Shown piece after piece: positions 40,770 to 53,700 of a stretch of DNA of 64,000 nt. Each line of letters starts with the position of its first letter. Positions within the stretch are counted from its first letter, which is position 1. The notes beneath the pieces are model-generated. The model did no database searches. It was not told the DNA's origin and was given only the letters and a program-made list of their open reading frames with translations. This DNA is from Adineta vaga (Eukaryota > Animalia > Rotifera). The DNA is taken from NCBI GenBank assembly GCA_021613535.1, contig CP075495.1, forward strand, positions 5,518,001 to 5,582,000. The letters run 5' to 3'. Position numbers and translations under genes: made by a program.

Positions 40770-43424
40770 ATGATGAAATTTATCTTTTATTCAACATTTC
40801 TATTGTTCTATTTGATAATTTTTACATCATGTGAACTCGAATTTATTGCTGTACGGCTTCCATTAAAGGTAAGTGACTTTTTCCAATCAAACTAATTACG
40901 AGGATTTCAACGCAAGAGGCTGTGGGTGAGGGTGAAATAGTTCTTTCTTCTACATTTCATCTTGACTACAAGGTAAATATCAATGGATATTTAGGGAGAA
41001 CGATCCCCACCAAATGCAGTATGGCCACATCCACATCAAATCACTGCATCGCTTGATTTACTATACATTCGACCAAACAATCTTACAATCCATTCTAATA
41101 TTCAAAGTTGTGATATTATTTCAAAGGCCATTCAACGTTATGGAAAGCTTTTCTTTCCGCCAAAACTAATTATGCGAGCTCCGCCAATAAATTCAAACAA
41201 TATTTTGCAAAGCTTGTCCTTAAATATAAGTGATGGTGGACAATGTGAACAATATATTCAACCAACCTCAAATGAAACTTGTATGTTACATATCTCTTCA
41301 TGCAACTTCATCATTCTTCTTCTTCATCTTCTAAGATACTCTCAGCATCTCACAACAGATTGCTATTGTCGAATCAACCACTGTTTGGGGTCTTTTACGT
41401 GGTCTCGAAACATTCTCACAACTCGTCTATATCAATGAAAACAACTATGTACGTTCACCATCAACTTCATCTCATCTCTTGCACTTCCTCTTCTTCTTCT
41501 TCTTCTTCTCTCTTTTGTCACAGGTCGTCATCAATAGTTCGATGAGCATTGTCGATAGTCCACGATTTCATCATCGTGGTATCATGCTTGATTCGTCTCG
41601 ACATTTTCTTCCAGTTTCAATCATCAAAAAGAATCTAGTGAGTTATGCAAAAGAAATCATTCGTTTGTATGTTTTGTACGATTATAATTCATAGGATGTG
41701 ATGTCGTATAACAAGCTCAATGTATTTCATTGGCATCTTGTCGATGACCAATCGTTTCCATTCGAAAGTAAAACATTTCCCAAGTTATCTGAAATGGTAG
41801 ATGATAGTTTTTAATTTTGTTTTGTATGTGAAAATAATGGTTATTGTAGGGAGCATATTCGGCGGATCATGTGTATTCAATCGATGATGTTGCTGATGTG
41901 ATTGAACATGCACGAGTACGAGGAATTCGTGTTATTCCAGAGGTTTGTTTAGTAGATTCTCTTAACTATATAGAGTTAATTCATTGTAATACATAGATTG
42001 ATACACCGGGTCATACTCATTCGTGGGGCAAAGCAATGCCTGAACTATTAACAGCATGTTGGGCAAATGGAAAACCTTATCAAGCTATTTATGGAGTGCA
42101 AGGTGAAATGGAAATTTTCAATCCAAGTGAACCACGTGTTTATTCAACTATGGATGCTTTATTACGGGAAGTTAATGAAAAATTTCCATCGAACTACATA
42201 CATCTAGGTATGTTAGTGGATGACGTATCGGTAGCAAAGCTTGTCTCTTGATTTCTCTTTGTTTACGTTTAGGAATGGATGAAGTTTATGATAAATGTTG
42301 GTAAGTTTACATAGCTGTTAGTAAAATGAAATAATAAAATAGTTTATTTTTACATTTTAGGTCATCTAATCCGAATATTAGCCAATGGATGCAAACTATG
42401 AATATCAACAGTACAAAAGGTCTTCATGCTTATTATGCCGATCGTATTCTCAATATTATGCGTAATATTGGTGCAATACCAATTGTCTGGCAAGATGTTT
42501 GGGATGAACAAGTTGAAGTAGACTCGTTTTTGATTCGGGAATAAATGCATTAGAATGAATTCTTTGTTTTTCATAGCTACCGCCCGGTACCATTATTCAA
42601 GTATGGAAGGGTGCTGATGATTCGTGGGCATCATATTTGAATAACGCTGCCAAACAAGGTTATAATGTTATTCTTTCCACTCCTTGGTATCTAAACTACA
42701 TTAGTTATGGGAAATATAACACGAATACATCGGCCATGAATTTGGAATTTTTTAAATATTATGAAATTGAACCATTGATAAAATTTACCGGTATGATTAT
42801 TCACCATAAGAACTTGATTTCTTAGTCAAATGTTTTTTTTGTACTGTAGGTACTGATGAAGAGAGAAAACGTATTCTTGGTGGAGAAGCATGTGTTTGGG
42901 GTGAATTTATCGATTCTACTAATTTGTTAACAACTTTATGGCCTCGAGCATCAGCTGTAGCCGAACGGTTATGGAGTGCCGCAAATGTTAACAATTCAGA
43001 AGATGCACAATTTCGATTAGTAACTATAACTTATGTTCATATTATTTCTGATTATATTCTTCTCTGTCTATTTTAGGATGTTCATCGTTGTCGCCTATTG
43101 AGGTTTGTTTAATAACTCAAAAAATGAATGCTATCATTTTTTGTCTTGTATAGACGTGGTATACCAGCTCAATCTATTCTTAATGGTTATTGTGGAAACT
43201 ATGAACTGGGCATGACACGATCAATGATTAATGATCCAGAATTTAACTATGATGAATCGACTTGGATTGATGTACTAACAACAGTGCCGCCATCAAGTTC
43301 GACAGTAACACAATCAAGTTCAACAGTACCAACTACATCCAACGCAGCTTCATCAAAAAATACACTTGTATCTATTGGTTTATTCTTCATAACAAAAATA
43401 ATTTTTATGGTTATCGTTTTTTAA
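40770..43424 (+). CDS. GH20 beta-N-acetylhexosaminidase, copy 2 (signal peptide, likely GPI tail)
   Basis: Same exon structure and motifs as copy 1, apparently in frame. Ser/Thr stalk followed by a terminal hydrophobic stretch. Confidence 0.92.
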
Positions 43425-43733
43425 TAACGACATGTTTTTTATTTTCGACTATGATCATATTAAAAACTGAACTGGCTACAGACTTATTACTTACGATCCT
43501 TTTCGTTTCTTCTCTCTTTCTCTCTCTCTCTTTATTCATTTGTTAAGATGTGAAGGACATTACGATAGATTGTATGTATGTCTGTAACTTGATCTTTTCA
43601 ATAAATAGATGCAACAGAAACAGAAATCGTCTGTGAAACTAGTAAAACGAGACGAGATAAGACGAGTATGGGCATAGCGAGGACTATTTTCAACTTCATC
43701 TGTTTTGAAAATTAGTGTTTGACTGTATGAAGT

Positions 43734-45178
43734 ATGCAGGAAAAATGGCAACAAATGAAAATTCCGCCAGCATGGAAACCTGATGAATGGGTTTGTCATC
43801 ATTCAGGTGGTCGACAATCAACAAGAATGGATAACTATTCTGTATATCAACAATCGAAAACTAGATCAGCAATAAGCTACAGAACGTTAGAGAAATCTGC
43901 CACTCCAAAGCGTATTAGTACAGCTAAATTACGAAGACGTAAGTATAAATGAATCAAAGATTTCTTTCAAAACTTTCTTTTCTCTGATGTCCTACAAATA
44001 TAGAGATAGAAAACTTAAGCTTAAAAAGTGCTGAATATCGTCTATCTGCACGTAAATCAAAAGTCAAACGACTGCATGATACTCTGACTCCAATATCGTA
44101 TAAAAGTTTCTATTCATACGCAACACATCGTCATCTTCCTACACCTCCGATCCGTATTCCTAAAATGTCGAAACAATCTTTAAAACGATGGCTCGATGCT
44201 CGTGATGCATATCTTGGTCATAATTATCCATATATTCAAGAAGGTTTGGTACGTCATCGACGAAAACGACGACAACGAAACAAATCAGACAAAGAAATGG
44301 ATAAAATGATCGATTATGACGGAGCTTTATCAATGTTTTCCATGGATTCAGATCGATTTACTCTACCAGAACTAATATCTAGTAGTAAACAACGTCGATT
44401 AAGTCGAAAAGATAGTTATACAAGACGTCTTAGTCGATCAGAAACAAATCTGCGTCGTTCGGGTGGCTTAATACAACGTATTAAATCATTTGTTCGATCA
44501 CCAGTTGCTTCATTGAATCGTCTTCCATGTCGAAAACAACGACAACAAAAGAAAGCACAAATCATTCACGATAATTTTGATGATAAATGTATTGGAACGG
44601 ATATTCATGAACGAGTAACATTTCGAACAGATATAAAACGTTATGACCAAAGTGTACAAGCTAATTTACCTCGTCCTCGATTTGAATTACATCATGAATT
44701 TGATACGAGTATGGTTGTCGGTGAAAGGAGACAACGAATACGATCTGTTCGAAAAGATGTCGAATATCGTGATAAAACAACAGAGACTGATTTTATTGAA
44801 AATTTTGTCAATGTTCTAAAAGAAAAAAAAGAAGAAAACGAAGTCAACGCTCATAAAGATGATAAGGCCACTCGTACTGAGAGAGGAAAAGAAAAAATAG
44901 ACTCATTTACAACCGAACAGTATAACGTTGAACATCATCAAGACAACAAATATTCTTTACCATCAATGTCTGATTCTAATCAACATCAAATCAAAACAAA
45001 AAACGAAGCAATAAAATCACCAAAATTCACAAATACAGGTAATCGAATTGTTCCCCTAACAGATCTATTTCATCCGTCAACAGTCAACAATGAAACTGAG
45101 AAATCTAATGAATCAAGATCAGCAATGGTTACACCGACAGACTCAAATATTTCCGTTCATGAACAATTACACAGGTAA
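43734..45178 (+). CDS. Uncharacterised basic, probably disordered protein (2 coding exons)
   Basis: An exon from 43734 splices in frame (phase 1, intron ~43939-44003) into the 337-aa ORF. Arg/Lys/Ser-rich with no recognisable domain; 3' end uncertain. Confidence 0.65.
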
Positions 45179-45518
45179 GAATAAGAATTACATAATTAAA
45201 TACCCATCTTTTGTTGCGTTTTACGAAAAGATGTTGTATACATTACTTAACTCTGTCAATACACTTTTTTTTTCTTCAAAGATGAACTTATTCTTAGTGC
45301 AGACATATATGAGATGAGATGAGAAGAGAAAGCGTTGTCTTGGTATCGAACTAAACACAGTCATATGCAGACGATTGAAGGTATATATATATATATACAT
45401 ATATACATAAGAAAAGTGAAAAGAAAGAACGAACGAAACAACTCATTGTGTTAGTTGAATAGACAACTAAAGTGATATTTGAAGGGTATTGTTAAAATTT
45501 GTCATGCAGTTAGTATAA

Positions 45519-47197
45519 ATGACTGATCATGCTCTATCGATATCATCATCCATACCAACATTAGTGGAAACAAAATCCAATTATTGTAGACTACGGACTC
45601 GTTTCAATCGATTATCGAAAGAACGGCGATTGCTTACTTGTCTTCTTACACTATTTGCGATCATCATGTGTGGTCTACTTGCTGGCATTTTTATTCTGTC
45701 ATGGGCCTACCAAGGTATGTCATTTCCTATCCTCTCAATAGAAGAAACGAAGAAAAAAATGATTTACTCGCTTAATAATTTAAAAAAAAACTTGCTTTTT
45801 GTACATATCAAATGCTCATTCTTAGGACGAACTTCAATTATCTATCGAGAAATAAATTCTACTAATGTTGGTACCACCGTCGAAGGTAAACATTTAAATT
45901 ATTGAGGTTATATTTTTCACCACTTTTCATTCATAAATTTACACGCATTTCTTATTCCTGTTCCTCACTTAAATCATATAGTTTTACATCGAAATGAACG
46001 ATACACATTCATCTCACATAACAATAGCAGTCTATTGACAAGTTCTATTCATACAATATCCTCGACTACAACTACTACTACTACTACTACTACAGAAAAA
46101 CAACGTATGAGCATATTGTTCTAGACACTTGTTATGCTTTCTCTAATGCATAATTTTTATGCTTTGCATTCAATAGCTTTCGTTTTATATGTTATTAAAG
46201 AATCATCAGAATTGACGAAAATATTATTTTTAAAATTTTTCATTCTAGTGGCTCGTTATGGCGAATCTTGCGATAAGGATAGTGACTGTGAAAATCCATT
46301 TATCTGTCATAAGAAAGGATCATCAATACCAGGTATGTGTCGATGTCCATTGAAGTATGATTTTGTTAAAGATCGATGTGGTAAGTAAGAATAATATATG
46401 CAAATGAAACCTATTTTAATCTTTAAAATTTGATTCTATATAAGTTGGTGATCTCAATGCATTATGTATCAAAGATATCGATTGTCAACGGTATATGCTC
46501 TGTACTGGTATGAAGGATGGTACACGTCAATGTCAATGTCAAACGCAATTTCATTATGATAATGAACGACGACGATGCCGTAAGTTTAATCAAAACTACG
46601 CTAGATTCATTTAAATTATAGAATGCTAAACTTTTGATTTTCTTCTAAGGTGGTGATTACGAAGCTCCATGTGGAATTAGTGCTGATTGTCGAGCAAACC
46701 TTGTTTGTAATAAAACTGTAACATCAGCATTTTGTTCGTGTGAATCCCATTATCAGTATCATCTAAATGGACGAAAATGTCGTGGCAATCCAGGTGCTGT
46801 ATGTGATCGAATGACGGCGGAATGTGTTGACAATGCTGAATGTCGTGATGGTGCTTGTGAATGTTCTAATCAATTTGTACCAGATGAAAATAAAGTATGC
46901 GGTAAGTAAATACGATGTAGTTTGTTTGGTTTTGCGAATGACATAGACAAGTTTGTTTTTAAATAAATTTAGTTGATCCATGTCCAACAAAACTGACAGC
47001 CCAAGCACGAATTCGTTATCCAGGCAATTGTCGACGATTTATTGATTGTCAACAGAAGTAAAATCTTTCTTGATAGTACGTCGATAATCTATTTATTCTC
47101 TTCATTTAGATCAAAAACTGAATGTCCAGAAATGACCATATTCAATCTACGTACTCAACTTTGTGACTATCCTAAAAATGTCTTTGATTGTCGATAG
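45519..47197 (+). CDS. Type II membrane protein: TM, Thr-rich stalk, four Cys-rich EB/EGF-like repeats, C-terminal CBM14 (peritrophin-A) chitin-binding domain
   Basis: TM LLTCLLTLFAIIMCGLLAGIFIL and a poly-Thr stalk. Four six-Cys repeats start at YGESC, VGDLNALC, RGDYEAPC and RGNPGAVC. Final domain DPC...YPGNCRRFIDC...ECPEMTIFNLRTQLCDYPKNVFDC. Confidence 0.8.
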
Positions 47198-47746
47198 AGA
47201 TTCCTTTTTAAATTTAGTATTAATTATTTGTTTTTCTGTATGACAAATGAATTTATCTAGAATTTCATATTATTACTCATTCATCTATCATGAATACCAA
47301 TACAAATTATTGCATGATTTCGGATGGGAAGGGTGATGAGGACAAAGGCTGTGTGAGAGTATTTTCTTGGACATCTTCCAAAAGCAGTATTTTATCATAT
47401 GATTCCGATCATTGTTACAGCACGGATTATCTGAAGTATCTATGGTGCTTCATCATAGGATATCGTAAACAATTGTTTAGTTGAATTAGCTCGAATTGTA
47501 TGGACAACTGATGAAAGCAAATAACTGGCTAGCGCAAGAAGAACATTATGTTGTTTAAAAAAACTTTCTATCCTTGAATCTAGTCTAAATTGAATCATAT
47601 CGATTTTTTACAGCGCCATCTTTCAATAGAAAAAAGAACAAGTCTTCTTATTAGCCAATCACATAATTGACTCTTCCGAGATAAATTTTTCCTTACGACT
47701 ACGAACTTTTCACTTTTGCTTAAAATCGATATTCAACTGCTTTCAG

Positions 47747-50136
47747 ATGGTCAATCAACCAGCTTCAATAGTTAATGATCACCGTAACGATGATCTGATA
47801 TTTTCACATCTGAGCAAAGTTGAAGATTTCATCATGTGAGAATAAATTTCATCTTTTCTCTCATACTTTATTTCTTTTTTTTCGTTTAAAGTACTGATGA
47901 AAAACGTGCAGAAACATTTTCTAATTATGTTAAACATTTTGCTGATCTCAAATGTTCACTTCTTCCATCATCATTTACTACTATCACACCATTATCAGTT
48001 CATGTACGTGGTTTTGAATTTGAACAAATTTATCAACAATTGAAATCAATCAATGAAGCAAGATTAAAACCATTTATAGCTACAATCGTTAAAAGTAAAA
48101 GTAAACAAAAAACATTTGGAGATTTACTTCGACCACCATCACCAGAGCAACCAATTATTGAAGAAGATTTTGAAAAAGATGAAGTAGAAGAAGATAATGA
48201 TGAAGAAATTGCATTATCACCAAAAAAAACACCAAAAAAGAAAAAATCCGTTACGTAAGATAGATTGATTTTTTGGGGAATCTATTTGAGATTTATGCAT
48301 ATTTAGATTCTTTGATTCACATGCATTGAATAAATTTCTTGATGAACAAGATCTTCGAGAAATGTCAAAGTAAATTTTTTTTCCGAACAATAAACAATGA
48401 TTCACTTTCTATTTCATTAGTTCGAATCGAAATGCAAACGGGAATGATGATGTTGATTTGGATGGCTTGGATGATGACGATGAAGATGATGATGGTGATC
48501 TGTTGCTTGAAGAAGATGATGTAAAACTACATTTAAATGTGTCGATCTGTAAACGTTCAATCTATTTAGGAAGGTGCACATTATGATAGTTTTTTTGATC
48601 CACCTACTGAAACAAAACAAAACAAGAAGAAGAAAAATAAAGAAAAACAAGAAAATATGGAAATGTATGTTACATGTTTTGACATCGGGAATTGAATGTT
48701 CTACTCTCTGTTTCTCTCTTAAGCGATGACACTCATTTTGATATGAATCATGAAGAAGAAGATGATGATGATGATGATGATGGTAATATTAATCTTGAAG
48801 ATAAATCCGATTTCGAAAAACAACAAATCTCAGTAAATATATTTCCTATTGTTTGCTTCATTCTTCTGAGTTATTTTAGTTAAAACGTCATATAAAATCA
48901 ATTGAAGAAGAAATGTTAAATCCTAAACCATGGCAATTAACTGGAGAAATTGAAGGTCAAAAACGACCCGAAAATAGTTTATTAGAAGAATATTTACAGT
49001 ACGATCGAACTACACGATTACGTATGTAAAACTATTAATTTATCAACATTTCAATTTCACTCTTTGTTTCCATTTATTCTAGCACCGGTTATTACAACTG
49101 AAACAACGGATTCTATTGAAGACTTAATCAAGCAACGTATTCGTGATCGAGTATTTGATGATGTTGAACGAAAGAAGAAAACACCACTAGGTGATGAAGC
49201 ACAAACATATAAGAAAGAAATCGTTCTTGAACATGAAAAAAGTAAAATGAGTTTAGCACAAGTTTATGAACAAGAATATTTAAAAAAACAAACAGTAATT
49301 GAATAATTATACATTGAAATATCGTTATAACTAATTATTTAATTTAGAACGATAAAACAGAAAAAAAAGATGAACGACATGAAGCTATTCGATCGATGAT
49401 GCAAGATTTATTTGTTGATCTTGATGCATTATCAAACTTTAGATTCACACCGCGACCAGTAAGAAACAAGATTTCTTTTGATTCATATTCTATAGAAGAA
49501 TTTATTTAGCCGGTAGCGGAAGTCACCATCGTGAATAATTTACCTGCTATTTTAGTGGAAGAAGTTGTACCAACAACAGTTAATAATTCAACATTACTTG
49601 CTCCTGAAGAAGTTCATGTAATTCCATTTTTCTTTCTAAGAAAATATAATGATTTGTTCTTCATCTTAGATAAGACCAAAAGGTGATGTGAAAGCGGATA
49701 CTGAACGAACAGATACTGATAAGAAACATGCAAGACGTTTACTTAAACATAAACTTAAATTAAAATCACAAGATAAACCAAAGGAATCGAATCCGGAAGA
49801 AGAATCAAAAGGTAAACGAATGTTTAACTTTAAAAAAGATGTTTATTTCATCATTGAAATTTTTTAGAAGAAAAACGAAATCTATTGAAAAAACTCGGTA
49901 AAATGAAGAATGTTCGAATTGAAAAAGTAAACTAATTTCTATTAAAATTGTCTTTTCTTGAATGATTTTATTTTTAATCAATATAGACGGATAAGAAACG
50001 ATCCAATGAAAAAACAGCTCGAAGTTCAACGAAATTTTTCGAAAAACTTCAGCAATCAACATTAACAGCACCAACAAAAAAACAGCGTCGTAACAATAAT
50101 CCAGCAATTACAGATTCGAAACGATTGAAATTGTAG
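47747..50136 (+). CDS. MPHOSPH10: U3 snoRNP protein Mpp10
   Basis: Motifs [35 protein letters not shown]...[38 protein letters not shown]; acidic N-terminal half. Confidence 0.93.
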
Positions 50137-50736
50137 AACAACTATTGTTTTTTCTTGTTTGTTTTGTTGTTATTCGCATTTTTGTCGAATAAATTGGAAA
50201 AAAAAGCATATTTAAGAGACAATATCTTTTTTGTTCTTCAGGTAATTAATATGAAGATAATGTCATGACAATAAAAGAGAATGACTCAGTTCGAAAGATT
50301 CTACTTGAAATAGAAATGAAGTCGCTCTTTTCGATCATAGTTTGTCATGTAGATTATTCGTTATTTCAAATATAAAGAATGCTTTCCTAGTGAAATTTTA
50401 TCATAATCATGCAATCGGTTATCACTGATGGATTCAGTGGATATTCTCTGATAAGACTTCCTATTATACATGTATAAATTGCGTTTTACATGCCTCATTA
50501 TTTCTTGCAGATTATGTGAAGAAAAAAATTTGTATTTCTTTTAAAAATAAGGCTTCTTTATCACCTCCTACATATAGGGTTCTTATTCTTCAAACAATGG
50601 TTATCTTTTTCTCTATATTTTATGTTCTCTTCGTTCGATAGAAAGAATTCTTATCATTCAATTATTGAGTCATACTGTCTTTTGGCTCTTCGAAACATTT
50701 TTTCAACGATTTATAAAATAATTTAATCGAATTTCA

Positions 50737-53700
50737 ATGTTCAGACAGTTTTTCGATACATCATTCAATGATTATCGACAAGTACGAGTTGTTGTTCAAG
50801 AAATACCGCGTGATTCAGCAAAAGAATTATCGATCGATTTTCAAAGGTAGATTTGTCTTGGATTTATAATGAGAAAAAATACGGATTTCATTTTTCATTT
50901 ATTTAGATTTTGTGCAAGTCTATGTAATCATAAAAATTATGTATATGAACAATTTAAACTTGAGTACTGTTATGTTAAAGAAAAGTTAACTATCGATGAA
51001 ACACTATTGAACGAAATTCAATTCTATCGACGACCATTTGCTTTTATTTATTTTACTGTTTTAAACTCAAGTAATGAGTTACAAGGTGTATTAACTGAAT
51101 TTCATAAAATTAAAGAACAACATAAAGATGCTTTTGTACATTTATTTGTTCGTTATAAAACGACGGATAGTACAGATGAAGATAAATTGTCTACGAATGA
51201 TAAATCAGAAAATGCAACTATTGATGAATCGTAAGTTTTGTTTAGGAAAATGAATATTTGAGTGATATTAACAGATATGCCTTTCTAGTGATTATACACC
51301 TTCATATCGTCCATCTGTTTCCAGCATGATCAGTGTTGATGCATACAATTCCTTACCTCAATTATTATCATCAGTTAAACTACAGGAATCATTGTCAATT
51401 GAGGATAGTGGTAGTGTAGCATCTGATTCGGCTCACTTACAAGTAGTCTAAATGGTCCACCAGTATTTCAAGGTATTGGAGTTGATATGCTAGATGATGA
51501 AGATGAATCATCTGCTTCGATTGAAATCACTACTACACAATCGACAAAAAAGCCGAAAAAACTTTTTAAAAGTTTAACATTATCAACAGCAACTATTCGT
51601 GATCAATTCGATACTGATTTGACTCGAGCTTCACATTGTTTACAAAGTAATCTGACCAAACACGCAGCAGAAGCAAAAAATACAAATGGAATCATATCTT
51701 CTCTCGATTCACAACTGGCTGACATACGTTTAATCATCAATTCCGAAGACAATTGTAGTTTATTGGATAGTCACGAGATATCTCGTCATGGATATAATCA
51801 AGATCAAATATATAAATGTGCATTAAATGAATTCGATATGCGTATGATGTTAATTTTATTTAATCAATATAGTAAAGTGAATACTATTCTTAGTGCCGAA
51901 GTAGCAAAAGACAAGTAAGAATTTCGTGATGATTTGTAGAATTTTCATATCACTAACCGTTGAAATTTAGGCTACCAAAAAAGACAATTGAAGCAAGAAT
52001 AATAAAACGTAAAGCGGATTGTTTTCTATTATTAGGAGCTGTTGAACGAGCTCAACAAACGTATCGACGTGCTGCAGAAGCATTAAAAAATCAAAATGAT
52101 TCCGTATGGCATGCAGGTTGAATTCTAAATTTTATTTGAAAAATACATATTTGAATCATTTCTTATCTTCTCTTCTCTAGCTGCTCTTGAAGGACGTGTA
52201 GCAGCAACATGTTCATCAACACAAAAGCCAAAAACACGTTTTCCAAAAACGATGTCCTATCTAACGCAACGTTCATTTACAAAAAGTAATCCATCATTAT
52301 TTTCTCATTCAATTATTTCAAGGAAATGTTTATTTCAAATTTAGTGATGTCATTTAAAAAGATCCTTAAACTATCATCAGATGCATTATTAAATTCACAG
52401 CCAGATATTGAGTTAGCTATACACATTTATAAGCATGCAAATAATTCTCTATATAACAAACAAGTATTTCGTTTGGAACTCGATGCTTGTTTACGTTGGT
52501 GTACTTTATTAGGCGAACAAAATGATATTCGAGTTAAAATTGTTTTTAGATTCCGTATTAACCATTGAATAGTTCTTCTTATTTTAGAAATATCGAAGTG
52601 ATATGGATGAATATGTTAAACGAATCAATGCTTTAGGTTATGATCTAAAAGAACATATCGATAGTGTAAGATCATTGCAGAAGTAAACAAGGAATTAATT
52701 GTGATATTTTAGATTTATTTAAATGCATATCTAGCTGAAACATATGCATCAATTGGTTTAAAACGTAAAAGTGCATTGTATTATCGATCAGCTGCATATT
52801 CAGGTTTAGAATTATTGAATGAACAGAAAGGTTATGAAGATGAAATCGCCTTTTTTGATGAATTGATTAAACGAGCACGAACAGGTTATGGAATTGATGG
52901 TAAAGAAAAACCTTACTCGTACTTTCTTTTGTTTTAGTCAGTATGTATTAATTTAGATAATCAGTTGATTTTTCCATTGATACAAAAGACAATTATAAGC
53001 GAATCCATACAAATTAGTCTGAAAAATAATGATTTTACAACTATTATTGAGTAGGTCATCATTTTCTTTTGACTAAAATAAGTTTCTTACAAGAATAGGA
53101 ATCTATTTCATCTTGTTAATTTTAATTTAGAAATGTTCATTTTGCTCTCGAAACACTCATTGAACATATGACCGATGAAGAATTAAAGCAGCTTATTACA
53201 TTTTTAAATGGTAGTGATCATGCTATTGCTTGTTCCTATTGCAGTATTCCACGATTGAAGTAAAAATGACTTGAATTTCCTTTATTTGTCTTATCTTTCT
53301 TCTTTAATTTACGAAGATCTCTCGATCTTATTCCTCTGTCTGATCATTTGAAAGTATGGAAAACTGATTCTGATCGATTGTTCATCTATAGACCCAAAGT
53401 TGTTGTATCTAATCAACATCAATCTCTTCATCGAAGAGTAGGTACGATCTGTTTCAGTCGATATCTTTATCTGAAATGATCTTTTTCTCATAAAAACAAA
53501 TTAAAACATTTAGATTTCTTCTGGGTTAAAAATGAACGAGTACAAATAGCACTCGTCGTAGAAAATTATTTACCTTCGACAATGTATATCAGTCAATTTG
53601 AATTTCTTACGGAAAATCAATTAGAAACTAAACTTGATACAAAATATCGTATTCCATCTCGAACAACCAAACGTTTAGTTATTGATTGTATACCAAAAGA

